From assembly GCA_044376115.1 (NCBI GenBank), contig JBILLK010000034.1, forward strand, positions 1 through 64,000: a DNA stretch of 64,000 nt. Direction: 5' to 3'. Position numbers and translations under genes: made by a program. The notes beneath the pieces were generated by a model, which saw nothing but the letters and a program-made list of their open reading frames with translations, searched no databases and had not been told where the DNA came from. Positions 17,560 to 27,102 of this stretch are shown here, piece by piece (position 1 is the stretch's first letter; each line of letters begins with the position of its first letter). This stretch comes from Polyangiaceae bacterium. GTDB lineage: Bacteria > Myxococcota_A > Polyangia > Polyangiales > Polyangiaceae.

Positions 17560-18744
17560 ATGCGACTAGCTTCCTCCTCCGACGCTTGGCTGCAGGCGGT
17601 GTTCAGTCATCGTCTGCCGACGCCCTTGCTGGTGCTTTCGTTCTTCACCGGTGGTTGCGACAGCTGTGCTTGTCCACCTCCGGTGCGAATGGTTCCTCTC
17701 GATAACGCAAGCTACTTGTACTTGGTCGGGCAGCAGGGCCCCGAGGGGCTTTCGCTCGCTGAGTGTGCGCAATATTGCCCGCTCGATACAACCATCGGAG
17801 CAGGACCGACGAGCGGAGCGGGTGGAAGCGGCGGCGCCGGCGGAGCGGGCGGTGCTGCGGGCGCAAGCGGTGGTGCCAGTGCCAGCGGCGGTGCGGGCGG
17901 CAGCGGTGGTTCGGGCGGTAGTGGCGGCAGCGGTGGTGCCAGTGCCAGCGGCGGTGCGGGCGGCAGCGGTGGTGCGGGCGGCAGCGGTGGTGCAACCGTT
18001 GGTGCGGGCGGTGAGACCGCTACGCTCGATGGCAACCCGCTCGCGTCGTGTCGGCTGCTTTCGTTAGGCACGCCGTTCCTTGAGTGCACCTACGACCGGG
18101 ACTGTGGTGGCGCTGGCCGGCCGTCGCATCGCGTACGGCCATTCGCCGCGGGCCCATTGTTCGCGCTAACCGCGCAGCGCGAGGCGGCGAGCGTGCTCGC
18201 CTTCGTCGATCTCGCGCGCGAGCTGCACGCGCATCGCGCTCCGCCTGCGCTGGTAACGCGCGCCCTGCGTTGCGCCCGTGAAGAGGTCGGGCATGCACAC
18301 GCCTTCGCAGCGCTCGCACACCGAGCCGGCCAACCGATCGCGCCGCTGCAAACGAGCGGCTTCCAGGTGCGTTCGCTCGAGGCGATCGCGCTCGACAATG
18401 CGCAAGAAGGGCTGGGGACTGAGTTCGTGGGGGCGCTTCGTTTGCGCGCGCAGGCACGGTCGGCCGCGCCCGCGTTGCGCCCGATGTTTGCGCGCATCGC
18501 CAGCGAAGAGGCCGGTCATGCTGGGTTCTCGGTCGAGCTCGATCGTTATCTGCGCAGTAAGCTCGGCAGCGCCGCACGCAAACGGCTAACGGCCGCACGT
18601 CGCGAACAAATGCACCAGCTAAAGCAGAACGCCACGCACGAGCCGCCGCGCTGGCAACGTGAAGAGCTGGGCATGCCGTCGGCTGAGCTCTCCTTCGATC
18701 TGGCCCGCCGCGCCGAAGCTCTGGCCGACGCCGCGATCGCATGA
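17560..18744 (+). CDS. Lipoprotein with Gly-rich linker and ferritin-like (diiron) domain
   Basis: Lipobox TGGC; EAASVLAF...REEVGHA and SEEAGHA ExxH motifs. Confidence 0.7.
   Translation: MRLASSSDAWLQAVFSHRLPTPLLVLSFFTGGCDSCACPPPVRMVPLDNASYLYLVGQQGPEGLSLAECAQYCPLDTTIGAGPTSGAGGSGGAGGAGGAAGASGGASASGGAGGSGGSGGSGGSGGASASGGAGGSGGAGGSGGATVGAGGETATLDGNPLASCRLLSLGTPFLECTYDRDCGGAGRPSHRVRPFAAGPLFALTAQREAASVLAFVDLARELHAHRAPPALVTRALRCAREEVGHAHAFAALAHRAGQPIAPLQTSGFQVRSLEAIALDNAQEGLGTEFVGALRLRAQARSAAPALRPMFARIASEEAGHAGFSVELDRYLRSKLGSAARKRLTAARREQMHQLKQNATHEPPRWQREELGMPSAELSFDLARRAEALADAAIA
17866..17973 (+). repeat. 45-bp exact intragenic repeat (63-bp period) encoding the Gly/Ser/Ala linker
   Basis: 17866-17910 = 17929-17973. 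Confidence 0.8.
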
Positions 18745-18798
18745 GGTTGGCTCGCGTGACGCTGTAAGGTCTTCGCGCTTCCAACGTTCTTCTCCACC

Positions 18799-20106
18799 AT
18801 GTCGCGAGCTTGCTCCAGCGTTTTCATGCTCCTTGTGAGCTCCTGCGCGGCTGAAGTCCCCCATTGGACTGCGCCGGAGGCGGGCGCTGAGCGCGGCACC
18901 TGTTCGCTACGTCTCGAGTGCTCCGGGGAGGACCGCGAGTGTATCGAGCGCTCGGCTTCGGCTTATCAGTTCTGCGCCCTCGATCGCATCCGCCAGACCA
19001 GCAAGGGCAAGGCCGCGCGCTTCGAGTTCGACGAACTCGCACGCGTGGCGCTGGGTCGGAGCTCACGCTGCCATGTCGCCAACGCAGACGCCCGCGGCGC
19101 GCTCGCAACGCGCGTGAACGAGCTTGTCCCGACGATCGTTGCCGAGATGAACCAGGTCGCCAATGAGGGCCGCGTGGATCTGGCGGCGCGTCGGGCCGAG
19201 CTCGTGCTCGCCGTATTGCGCACCTTCGATCAAGCGCCGATGAATGAGGTCGCCGCGGTGATCGATCGCGCGCGGGCCTTTCACCAAGCGGAGGCCGAGC
19301 GCTTGGCCGAGCGCTTTCCAGCGGCCTCAGCGTATCACTCCTGCAGCGACTACGGTCGCAATTGTCCGCGTCGCAGCGGCGTCAGTACGCTCACGCCGGA
19401 GCTGCAGCGCGTCGGGGACGCCGATGCGCAGGCGCTCGGGCTCTGGGTTACGAAGCACGGCCCGCCCGAGTGCAGCGCCGTGCTCGATCGCTTACCGCCG
19501 AGCGACGCCGGTCCACCGCCCTTCGCTCTCACCTCGACGCCTGCGAGCTTCGACCTTTTCCAATGTGGCACCCTCCCCGTCGAAAAGGTCCCAACGTCGT
19601 TCGTGTGCGGCAACCAAACGGGGAATGCCACCGTGTCAATCGAGCGCTACGCGATCGAAGGGACGATCCGCATCGGCGCCGAGAGCTTGCCGTTCAAGCG
19701 CGTGTTCGAGCAGAAGCGCGCCGATCTGCTGCTCACCGGCTGCTACAACGTGCCCACCGCCGCCTTCGCAACGGCGGAGGAGTTGGCGCACTTCACCTTG
19801 CGTGATCAAGGCTGGGCGCCGATCTACGCGCAGCTCGAGCCGCGCGCGGATCGGCTGCTCTTGGTCGCCATGCGCGCCGATCGCGACGGTGATCGTGATC
19901 GATCCGACGCGGCCTACGCCGTGCTCTTGGCCGGCGCGCAAGGTCGCGAGCACCAAGCCATCGCCGAACGCTGGTTCGAACGCCGTTTCGGCAGCGAGAC
20001 CACGCAGCTGCCAAGCTACGCCGAGGGCATCGATGGTAGCGGTGTGGTCAATAGTGAGCTGGGCCTCTTGTCGAGTTGGCGCTGGAGCCCGTCGTCTTGC
20101 TACTGA
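18799..20106 (+). CDS. Hypothetical Cys-containing lipoprotein
   Basis: 435 aa ORF; lipobox-like VSSC. Confidence 0.6.
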   Translation: MSRACSSVFMLLVSSCAAEVPHWTAPEAGAERGTCSLRLECSGEDRECIERSASAYQFCALDRIRQTSKGKAARFEFDELARVALGRSSRCHVANADARGALATRVNELVPTIVAEMNQVANEGRVDLAARRAELVLAVLRTFDQAPMNEVAAVIDRARAFHQAEAERLAERFPAASAYHSCSDYGRNCPRRSGVSTLTPELQRVGDADAQALGLWVTKHGPPECSAVLDRLPPSDAGPPPFALTSTPASFDLFQCGTLPVEKVPTSFVCGNQTGNATVSIERYAIEGTIRIGAESLPFKRVFEQKRADLLLTGCYNVPTAAFATAEELAHFTLRDQGWAPIYAQLEPRADRLLLVAMRADRDGDRDRSDAAYAVLLAGAQGREHQAIAERWFERRFGSETTQLPSYAEGIDGSGVVNSELGLLSSWRWSPSSCY

Positions 20107-20176
20107 GCCCGCGACTTAATCGTGCACGACCGCGAGCTGGCTTGGCCAAGCCACGAGCATGACGATAGCCTGACGC

Positions 20177-21124
20177 ATGCTTAATCAACCTTCGACTTGG
20201 TGTGCTCCTGGCGGAATGAGCCACCGCGCTGCGAGTGGACTCGCTCTCTTCGCGGGCCTTCTGCTCGGTTGCCCCGGTCCCGAGCCCAGCGCGTCGGGAG
20301 CGGGAGGCACCGGAGCCGTGGGTAACGGCGGTGAAGGCGGAGACGACAAAGGCAGTTCATCCAGCGGGTCACTTGGTGGAGAGGGCGGCGGCGGCATGAG
20401 CTCGAGCAGCACGAGCACAGGCGGCATGAACAGCGGCGGGGAGGGCGGGTGCAGCGAGGGGGCCAAACAGGTGTCCTGCGGGGACTGCGGAACCGCCTGT
20501 GTTTACATGAATCAGAACCAGGAGCCCCAATGCGGGGGTGGTACCTGCCGAGTAACGTGCGCTGAACACCAATTTGACTTCGTCCCTGACGTCCCTGACG
20601 ATCAAGCGACTTGGGGGTGTGAAACTCTCGGCCGGCGAGTGTTCGTGACTGAGCAGAAGTTTGTGGGCACGATGCTTGGGGGCGTCGCGGCCGCAGATGT
20701 AGAGTGCCAAGCCGCTGCAATGAACGCGGGCCTTGGTGGCGCTTGGAGAGCCTGGTTGAGCGATGATACGAGTGAGCCTGTGGACGACATTGAGCAGTCG
20801 TCAGACCCCTACTACCTTGTTGATGGAACGAAGGTTGCCGACGACTTTACCCACTTGACCAGCGTCGGGCTCATGACCGAGCTGGCGTCGGCGATCAATC
20901 GTCATGAAAATGGAATGTTGGTGGCCAACGGTGAGGCTTCTGTCTGGACAGGAACCTCGCCCTTTGGCCTGTTGGAGCCTAACTGCAATAACTGGAGTTC
21001 GAACGTACCGGCAGCCGCCACCGGTGTGGTCGGCGACGCCAACAGGAAAGATGCGGGTTGGACCAAACTGCTCATGCAGCGGCCATGCAGCTCCGCCGCC
21101 CACCTCTACTGCTTTGAGCAGTGA
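20177..21124 (+). CDS. Lipoprotein with endostatin-like/DUF1554 C-terminal domain
   Basis: Lipobox LLGC; RRVFVT, GGVAAADVECQAAA, WRAWLSD, VWTGT, NCNNWSS, HLYCFEQ. Confidence 0.75.
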   Translation: MLNQPSTWCAPGGMSHRAASGLALFAGLLLGCPGPEPSASGAGGTGAVGNGGEGGDDKGSSSSGSLGGEGGGGMSSSSTSTGGMNSGGEGGCSEGAKQVSCGDCGTACVYMNQNQEPQCGGGTCRVTCAEHQFDFVPDVPDDQATWGCETLGRRVFVTEQKFVGTMLGGVAAADVECQAAAMNAGLGGAWRAWLSDDTSEPVDDIEQSSDPYYLVDGTKVADDFTHLTSVGLMTELASAINRHENGMLVANGEASVWTGTSPFGLLEPNCNNWSSNVPAAATGVVGDANRKDAGWTKLLMQRPCSSAAHLYCFEQ

Positions 21125-21126
21125 CG

Positions 21127-23550
21127 ATGTCTACTAGCCTATCGAGCACCAAGGTCGGGATCTCCGACACCATCGTCAATCCCCAAGGCCCGGTTGAAGT
21201 AACCGGCTTGTCCGAGGCCACGTTGGGCCGGCCCCAGGGAGGAACCCAGGGCGAGGCCAGCTACCAAGTCCTCGGTAAACTCGGCGAAGGTGCGATGGGC
21301 GAGGTCAAGCTCGCTCGGGACCCCGTCTTGCGTCGAACGGTCGCGCTCAAGTCGCTGCTCTCGCAGGTCTCGCGCGACGGCACGATGTTGCAGCGCTTCG
21401 TCGGTGAAATGCAGATCACCGCGCAGCTGGATCATCCGCATATCGTCCCCGTTTACGGCTTCGAGCGCACCGCCGAGTCAGTCTCCTACGCAATGAAGCT
21501 GGTGCAGGGCAAAGAGCTCGAGCACATCATCCAGGAGACGCTGCAGCTGGTCGAGGCCGGCAACCCGATCGACGCCGAGCACTCGCTGCAGACCCGGCTC
21601 GAGATTTTTACCAAGGTATGCGACGCCGTCGCTTATGCACATAGCCGCGGGGTGATTCACCGCGATCTAAAGCCCTCCAACATAATGATCGGCCGCTTCA
21701 ACGAGGTCTACGTGATGGACTGGGGTATCGCGCGGCAGATGGGGGAGCCCGGGGCTACGCAGGACCGTGCTGCGGAGACCGTGAGAGAAGACGCCGCAGC
21801 GGCGCAAACCAGCCGCACCCGCGTGGGAGCCACGGTGGGCACGCCGATCTACATGTCCCCGGAGCAAGCCGCCGCCAAAAACAGCGAGCTCGACGGCCGA
21901 AGTGACCAATACGCGCTGGGCCTGATCCTGCAGGAGCTAGTGACGCTCGAGGTCGCAATGGCCGGCGATACGGTGCAGATGGTGCTCGTCAGCGCGCTTC
22001 AGGGCAAGCGCAACCCGATGCGCTCGGACAAGGTCCAGGTCCCCCGCGAGCTGACCGCCATCGTCAATCGCGCCTGTCAGCTGCGACCCGAACATCGCTA
22101 TGCGTCGGTCTCGGAGCTGTCCGCCGACGTGCGTCGTTATATGAATAACGAAGCCGTCACGGCCCTACCCGACAACCTGCCGCGGCGGCTCGGACGTTGG
22201 CTCAGCAATCACCGCATGTTGGCGATCGGCCTATTGGCAGCGACCTTCGTCTTGGGCGTCGCAGGCGCCGGCGGCGTCTGGGCCTACAATCAAGTAAAGC
22301 TGGCCGAGAAGCGCAATCGTGAAGTCCGCCTCGTCGAGGTACAGGCGGATTCGTCGAATCGCGCGCAGGAGCTGGACGCGACGCTCGTCGGCTATCAACA
22401 ATCGCTCGAGCGGCTCGCGGGCGCGGCGGGGATCATCGTCGAGCGCGGCAATCTCCCGCCCTTCGAGCTCTTGACCGAAGAGCGATTTGGCCGAGGTGAT
22501 GGGCGGCTCGAGGGGCTCGTTGAATCGCCGTTCTACGGCTCGAGCGTCAGCTTCGATTGGATGGTCGCCGCCCGCGCCAAAGACGCAGACCAGGGTCAGG
22601 TCGAGGCGAACTTCGGGGCGCTGCAAGCGCTGGGGCCGGCGCTGCCGCGCACCTTGATCGAGAGCCTCGGAGAGGACGAACAGCGGCTGTCAGAGGCGGC
22701 GCAGCGTGAAGTCCTGGCCAAGACTGGCGCGCCGATCGTGCGCATTGGTTTTGCGCTAGAGACTGGCTTGACCTCGTCTTACCCCGGTATGGCCGGGCTC
22801 GGGCCCAACGCTGACGGCCGCGCTGAGGAGCTGTACAAGCGCGCAAAGCAAGAGGGCGGCGTGGTGTGGGGACCCCCGGCCGCGGTCAACGACAAGCTGC
22901 TCCTCTATTGTGCCACCACCATCCGAGCGCGCGACGGCCAGCCGCTCGGGGTCGTGCGCTTCGAGATCGACGCGCAGCGCGCCGTGGCCTCGGCCTTGGC
23001 CGGCGATCGCGAGCAGGTGGAGACCTCGCTCTTGGTTGACCGTAAGGGCAAGGTTCTGGCGCAAAATGCCAGCGACCCCGCAAACAAGGAGCCGGAGCTG
23101 CTCAGCAATGAAGAAGTGCGAGCGGCTATCGAGCGCGGAGAAACCGGCTACCTCGCAACCAAACGCAACGGTCGGGATGTGCTGGTTACGTATCAATCCG
23201 TGCCCTCGATGGATTGGTATTTAGTGACCATCGCGAACGTTGCGAAGCTCGAGCAAGTGGCCCCGTCGGAGGGCCCGCAACGAGCCAGTGTTCCGGTAAC
23301 GAAGTTGAACCCGACGGCCAAGCCGCGCGCTCCTTTGCCGGTGGCCAGCCAGAAGCTCCCGCCGCCAGCGCTTCCGCAGCCGCTGGCAACGCCGAGTGCC
23401 TCGGTCTCGGCGAGCGCCTCAGCCTCAGCCTCAGCCTCGGCCTCGGCGCCCCGCCCAGGGCCAGGAGTTCGCCCGCCGCCGGTTCCAACGGTAAAGTCCC
23501 CGCCGAATCCGTTCGAGCCGTGGCCTGTCTACAAACCGCGAACCCAATGA
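21127..23550 (+). CDS. Membrane Ser/Thr protein kinase with extracytoplasmic Cache-like domain
   Basis: GEGAMG, VALK, HRDLKPSN, DWG, GTPIYMSPE; one TM; Cache-like region (SLLVDRKGKVLA, VTYQSVPSMDWYLV); Pro-rich tail. Confidence 0.9.
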   Translation: MSTSLSSTKVGISDTIVNPQGPVEVTGLSEATLGRPQGGTQGEASYQVLGKLGEGAMGEVKLARDPVLRRTVALKSLLSQVSRDGTMLQRFVGEMQITAQLDHPHIVPVYGFERTAESVSYAMKLVQGKELEHIIQETLQLVEAGNPIDAEHSLQTRLEIFTKVCDAVAYAHSRGVIHRDLKPSNIMIGRFNEVYVMDWGIARQMGEPGATQDRAAETVREDAAAAQTSRTRVGATVGTPIYMSPEQAAAKNSELDGRSDQYALGLILQELVTLEVAMAGDTVQMVLVSALQGKRNPMRSDKVQVPRELTAIVNRACQLRPEHRYASVSELSADVRRYMNNEAVTALPDNLPRRLGRWLSNHRMLAIGLLAATFVLGVAGAGGVWAYNQVKLAEKRNREVRLVEVQADSSNRAQELDATLVGYQQSLERLAGAAGIIVERGNLPPFELLTEERFGRGDGRLEGLVESPFYGSSVSFDWMVAARAKDADQGQVEANFGALQALGPALPRTLIESLGEDEQRLSEAAQREVLAKTGAPIVRIGFALETGLTSSYPGMAGLGPNADGRAEELYKRAKQEGGVVWGPPAAVNDKLLLYCATTIRARDGQPLGVVRFEIDAQRAVASALAGDREQVETSLLVDRKGKVLAQNASDPANKEPELLSNEEVRAAIERGETGYLATKRNGRDVLVTYQSVPSMDWYLVTIANVAKLEQVAPSEGPQRASVPVTKLNPTAKPRAPLPVASQKLPPPALPQPLATPSASVSASASASASASASAPRPGPGVRPPPVPTVKSPPNPFEPWPVYKPRTQ

Positions 23551-24545
23551 TGAAGCGAGCCTTCCCGATCCTGCTCACGCTGCTCGGCGTGTGCGTCCCC
23601 GTTACCGAGCTGCACGCGGCCGAGGACGAGCCGGCTGAGTGGACCGAGGCCGCCAAGCTCCTGGATGAAGGTCGCGCATTGATGGCCAGGCCGGCGACCT
23701 TGGATCGCGGCTGCAGCGTGCTCGAACAGAGCTACGCGCTTCGCCAGCGTGGTGACACGTTGCTCAACCTCGCTGAGTGCCACCGCCGGCAAGGCAAGAC
23801 GGCGACCGCCTGGCGCGAGTTCGACGAGGCCATCCGGGTTGCCACCGCGGTCGAGTTCAGCGAAGCCATCAAGGCCGCGCAGGTCCATCGCGATGGCCTC
23901 GCAAAGCTCCTCTCCGAGCTGGTGATCGAGGTACCTGTCGCTCCCGCGCGGCCAGAGGGTTTGGTCGTGGTCTTGGACGGCAAACCGCTACCCGAACAAC
24001 AATGGGGGCAAACGCTGTACGTCGATCCGGGGGTTCACAAAGTTGAGGCTACGGCCCCCAACCATCGCCCTTTCTCCAGCTCCGCAGAGGTGAAGAACGG
24101 CGGCGGTCGTTCGCAGATCGCGGTCAAGCTCGAGTTCATCCCGCCTCCGCCCCCCCCACCCAAACCAACTCCGCCCAAGCCGCCGCCCCCCGTCATGGTC
24201 GAGCCGGAGGTGCCGATCTGGGCGCTTGTCGTTGGGGGAGCGGGGCTCGCGATGATGGGCGCCTCGGTGGCCTTCATCGTCGACAGTCAGGCCGCCGGGG
24301 ATCTCCTCGACACAGAATGCGGCGATCTCCGTAATCAGTGTGGAGACTTCGCCTTTGATGAGCCCTACGACCGCGAGATCCGCAGCTTTGCGCTGTTCGT
24401 GGGCATTGGTGGCGCCGGCGCGATCGCCGTGGGCGTGGGCGCTCTTGGCCTCATCCTCGAACTTTCGGCGCCAGCCCGCCCGGTCGCGCTGCTCCCCTGG
24501 GCCGACGCCAACACGGTAGGCGCCTCGCTCGTCGGTCGCTTCTGA
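23547..24545 (+). CDS. TPR + PEGA-like exported protein
   Basis: ATGA overlap with the kinase; TLLNLAECHRRQGKTATAW; VVLDGKP, VDPGVHKVEATAP; C-terminal hydrophobic segments. Confidence 0.8.
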   Translation: MMKRAFPILLTLLGVCVPVTELHAAEDEPAEWTEAAKLLDEGRALMARPATLDRGCSVLEQSYALRQRGDTLLNLAECHRRQGKTATAWREFDEAIRVATAVEFSEAIKAAQVHRDGLAKLLSELVIEVPVAPARPEGLVVVLDGKPLPEQQWGQTLYVDPGVHKVEATAPNHRPFSSSAEVKNGGGRSQIAVKLEFIPPPPPPPKPTPPKPPPPVMVEPEVPIWALVVGGAGLAMMGASVAFIVDSQAAGDLLDTECGDLRNQCGDFAFDEPYDREIRSFALFVGIGGAGAIAVGVGALGLILELSAPARPVALLPWADANTVGASLVGRF

Positions 24546-24674
24546 CGCCGGCTGCGACCGCCGGTCGAGTGGCGGCCGCGGCTGCGAGACGTATCCGTAG
24601 ACCGAGTCCGCCCATCCGCCGTTGCTCTGTCCGACGTTGCTCTGTCTGAGCGACCTGGATACCTTCCTAGGCGC

Positions 24675-25418
24675 ATGGACTTCGATTGCGAGGTATTGAC
24701 GGCGGGCCACGTAGCAGTCGCAGCGAGGATCTTCTCGCAGCGGGGTCGCGTCGGCGTCAGCGTGGTAGGCAAGGCGACCTTCGCGCTGGTCCCCGAGGGG
24801 ACCATGCAGCTGGTTGCACCGAGCCCCATTCACGTGGCGGAGCTGCCTCGAGCCGAGGGTGTGTTAACGAGTGCTCGGCGCGCTTCGGACTGCGCTCTTT
24901 TTCTGCAACGACCGGAGGTGATCGCTGAGGCGGTGGCGTTCGCGCCGAGCGGTCAAGTGGAGACCATGCCCGTGCGCATCGCCATTCAACGTGGCGAGCG
25001 GGTGCTCTTTGCGAAGGAGCTTTTGATCGTCGGTGATCGAACGGGAGCAGCGGGTGAAAACCCGCGGCCGCTTCCGTTTGCGAGCATGCCGATCACCTAT
25101 GAGCGCGCGCCTGGCGGCATCGGCCAACCCGAGAATCCGGTCGGAGTGGGTGAAGAATCCGGGCATCGCGTTACCTTGCCCAACGTGCTTCCGGCAAAGG
25201 CAAGGCCGCCCGTGGCGAGCGGCGCTGTGCAGCCCCCGGTAGGCTTTGGGCCGGTCTCGAGTGCGTGGCTTCATCGCCGTGCACGGCGCGGAAAGCTCGC
25301 CCGCCCGCTGATCGATGAAGCGCTATGGGTGGCGCTCCCCGACGACTTTGACGGCGGCTACTTTCAAGCAGCTCCGAGCGATCAGCCGCAGCGTCGGGTC
25401 GACGCCCCACTCGGCTAG
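24675..25418 (+). pseudogene. DUF2169 family T6SS adaptor, C-terminally truncated
   Basis: VSVVGKATF, PFASMPITYERAPGG, ENPVGVG, PVGFGPV, YFQAAPSDQ, then reads into antisense vgrG sequence and stops. Confidence 0.75.
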
Positions 25419-25829
25419 CAGTTTGAGCACGATGTCGAGCTCGGATTGCCGCTGAAACATGCGGAAGTTGCGTCGCTGGGTCGCGAGCCACAGGGTGGGG
25501 ACCAGGGTCAATTCGTAGGTCGAGGCGAACTGTTCCTCGACCCGAAGCTGCTGCAAGTGGCTACAAATGCCCGCCCAGCTGCGGGTGTTTCCGGCGTGCA
25601 AAGCGAAGGACATCGGCTTACCGACCACTGCGTCGAACTCAATGTCGGGGTTGTTGGAGACGACCACGATGCGGATCTCGAACAGGCTGGACATGCGTTC
25701 GACGACCTCGAACTCTCGAACGTCGAGCACGTCACCGGAGGCAACGCTCGCCGTCGCGCGATCGATTGGAGCTTGGGGGCGCGCGAGGGGAAGTGCTTGG
25801 TCGAGGGTCGAGGGCGAGCTGGTTGCCAT
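25323..25829 (-). pseudogene. vgrG: VgrG (T6SS spike) N-terminal fragment, truncated
   Basis: LDVREFEVVERMSSLFEI...YELTLVPTLWLATQRRNFRMFQRQSELDIVLKLLAEWGV; similarity ends at ~25385 after ~148 aa. Confidence 0.8.
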
Positions 25830-25840
25830 ACGCTCACTAC

Positions 25841-25856
25841 TGCAGCCTCTGTGCCG
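25841..25856 (-). promoter_or_regulatory. Sigma54 (-24/-12) promoter of vgrG
   Basis: CGGCAC-AGAGG-CTGCA (GG-N10-GC); TGCGCA/TGTGCA dyad sequences upstream at ~25885-25946. Confidence 0.55.
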
Positions 25857-26002
25857 TAGCGAAATCCCCGTATTCGGCGGCGGCTTGCACAGGCTCGTGG
25901 TGTGCGCTTGAGCAAGTTGCACAAGCTTTGCGCAGCGCAAGATGCAGCAGGCGGCCAGCTCTGGCTTCGTGTCTCCGCACAACGTGTGGTAGTTGCAGGG
26001 TC

Positions 26003-26698
26003 GTGACGCGGGTGCTCTTTATCCACGGGCTCGAGTCGGGCCCGAACGGCAACAAACCGCGCGCGTTGCGCGACGTTGGCCTCGAGGTGACCGCGTTGCA
26101 GATGCCTTGCGGACGCGAAGCGATCATGCGCGATCCGGTAACCGTGGCGACGCTCGGCGCTGCGGGGGGCGCGCTCGCGCTTGCGCTTCGGCGCGGAGTG
26201 CTGCCGCTTGCTTTGGGGGTTGCTGGGCTCGCGCTGGCAAAGCCGCTCGCCATGGCCCTGGCGACTCGGCGCGCCTTTGCGCGGAGCGTTGCGGTCCAGC
26301 TGCGCGCGCTCGCCCAAGGGCCCGCCTTCGACGTCGTGGTCGGTTCGTCCTTCGGCGGTGCGGTCGCGCTGGAGCTATTGCACCGCGGCGCGTGGCGTGG
26401 ACCGACGGTCCTCTTGTGCCCGGCGCATGAACGGGTGGCCGAGCGGGCGTGGCGTGCGCCGTCGCCGGGGCTCGCAGCCTTGTCTGAGGTCGCCGGGGGC
26501 GTCGTCGTCGTGCACGGTCGCGCCGACGAGATCGTCCCGATCGAACACTCGCGCCGGCTCGTTCACGGAAGCCGCGCCGAGCTCGTCGAAGTGGAGGATG
26601 ACCACCGTCTCACCAAGACGGCGACCAGCGCGGCGTTGCGCAGCTGGATCGAACGCGCGCAGGCGGCTCAGCTCGGGCTCGTGGTGCCCACGAAGTGA
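26003..26698 (+). CDS. Alpha/beta hydrolase (YqiA/UPF0227-like)
   Basis: LFIHGLESGP, GSSFGG nucleophile elbow, HGRADEIVP, DDHRL. Confidence 0.85.
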   Translation: MTRVLFIHGLESGPNGNKPRALRDVGLEVTALQMPCGREAIMRDPVTVATLGAAGGALALALRRGVLPLALGVAGLALAKPLAMALATRRAFARSVAVQLRALAQGPAFDVVVGSSFGGAVALELLHRGAWRGPTVLLCPAHERVAERAWRAPSPGLAALSEVAGGVVVVHGRADEIVPIEHSRRLVHGSRAELVEVEDDHRLTKTATSAALRSWIERAQAAQLGLVVPTK

Positions 26699-26716
26699 CC
26701 GGCATGCTCTGCGACC

Positions 26717-27055
26717 TCAGCAGCGGGCCTTTCCGATGAGCAGCTCTTTGACGTCGCCCTTCACCTGCAGGCTAGTGATAAGTAGGTAAGGGGCGACTAA
26801 CAGGATACCGAGCACGGGCGCGAGCAGACCGAGCACCAAGCCGCCCGTTGAGAAGTGATGCCGCCACGCTAGCCAGATGCCCGAGAGCGCGAGGAAGCAG
26901 CTGAAGTCGAGATCGAACTGTCCAGCCCAGGTCACCGCGGCAATGTCCCTAAAGTAGGTCGAGAAAAGGCCTTCACCTTGCCCCAGCAGTACGAGGCCAG
27001 TGTAGCCGAGCAAAGTAGCGATCATCAGTGCCAGCAGCGCTTGAAAGAGTTTCAT
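26717..27055 (-). CDS. Small integral membrane protein
   Basis: Three hydrophobic segments; WAGQFDLDF; TAGCGT 6 nt before ATG 27055. Confidence 0.75.
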   Translation of the reverse strand: MKLFQALLALMIATLLGYTGLVLLGQGEGLFSTYFRDIAAVTWAGQFDLDFSCFLALSGIWLAWRHHFSTGGLVLGLLAPVLGILLVAPYLLITSLQVKGDVKELLIGKARC

Positions 27056-27102
27056 GCGCATACGCTAAATAGCTGTTCGTCCACTGACCATTACCTCGCA
27101 GG

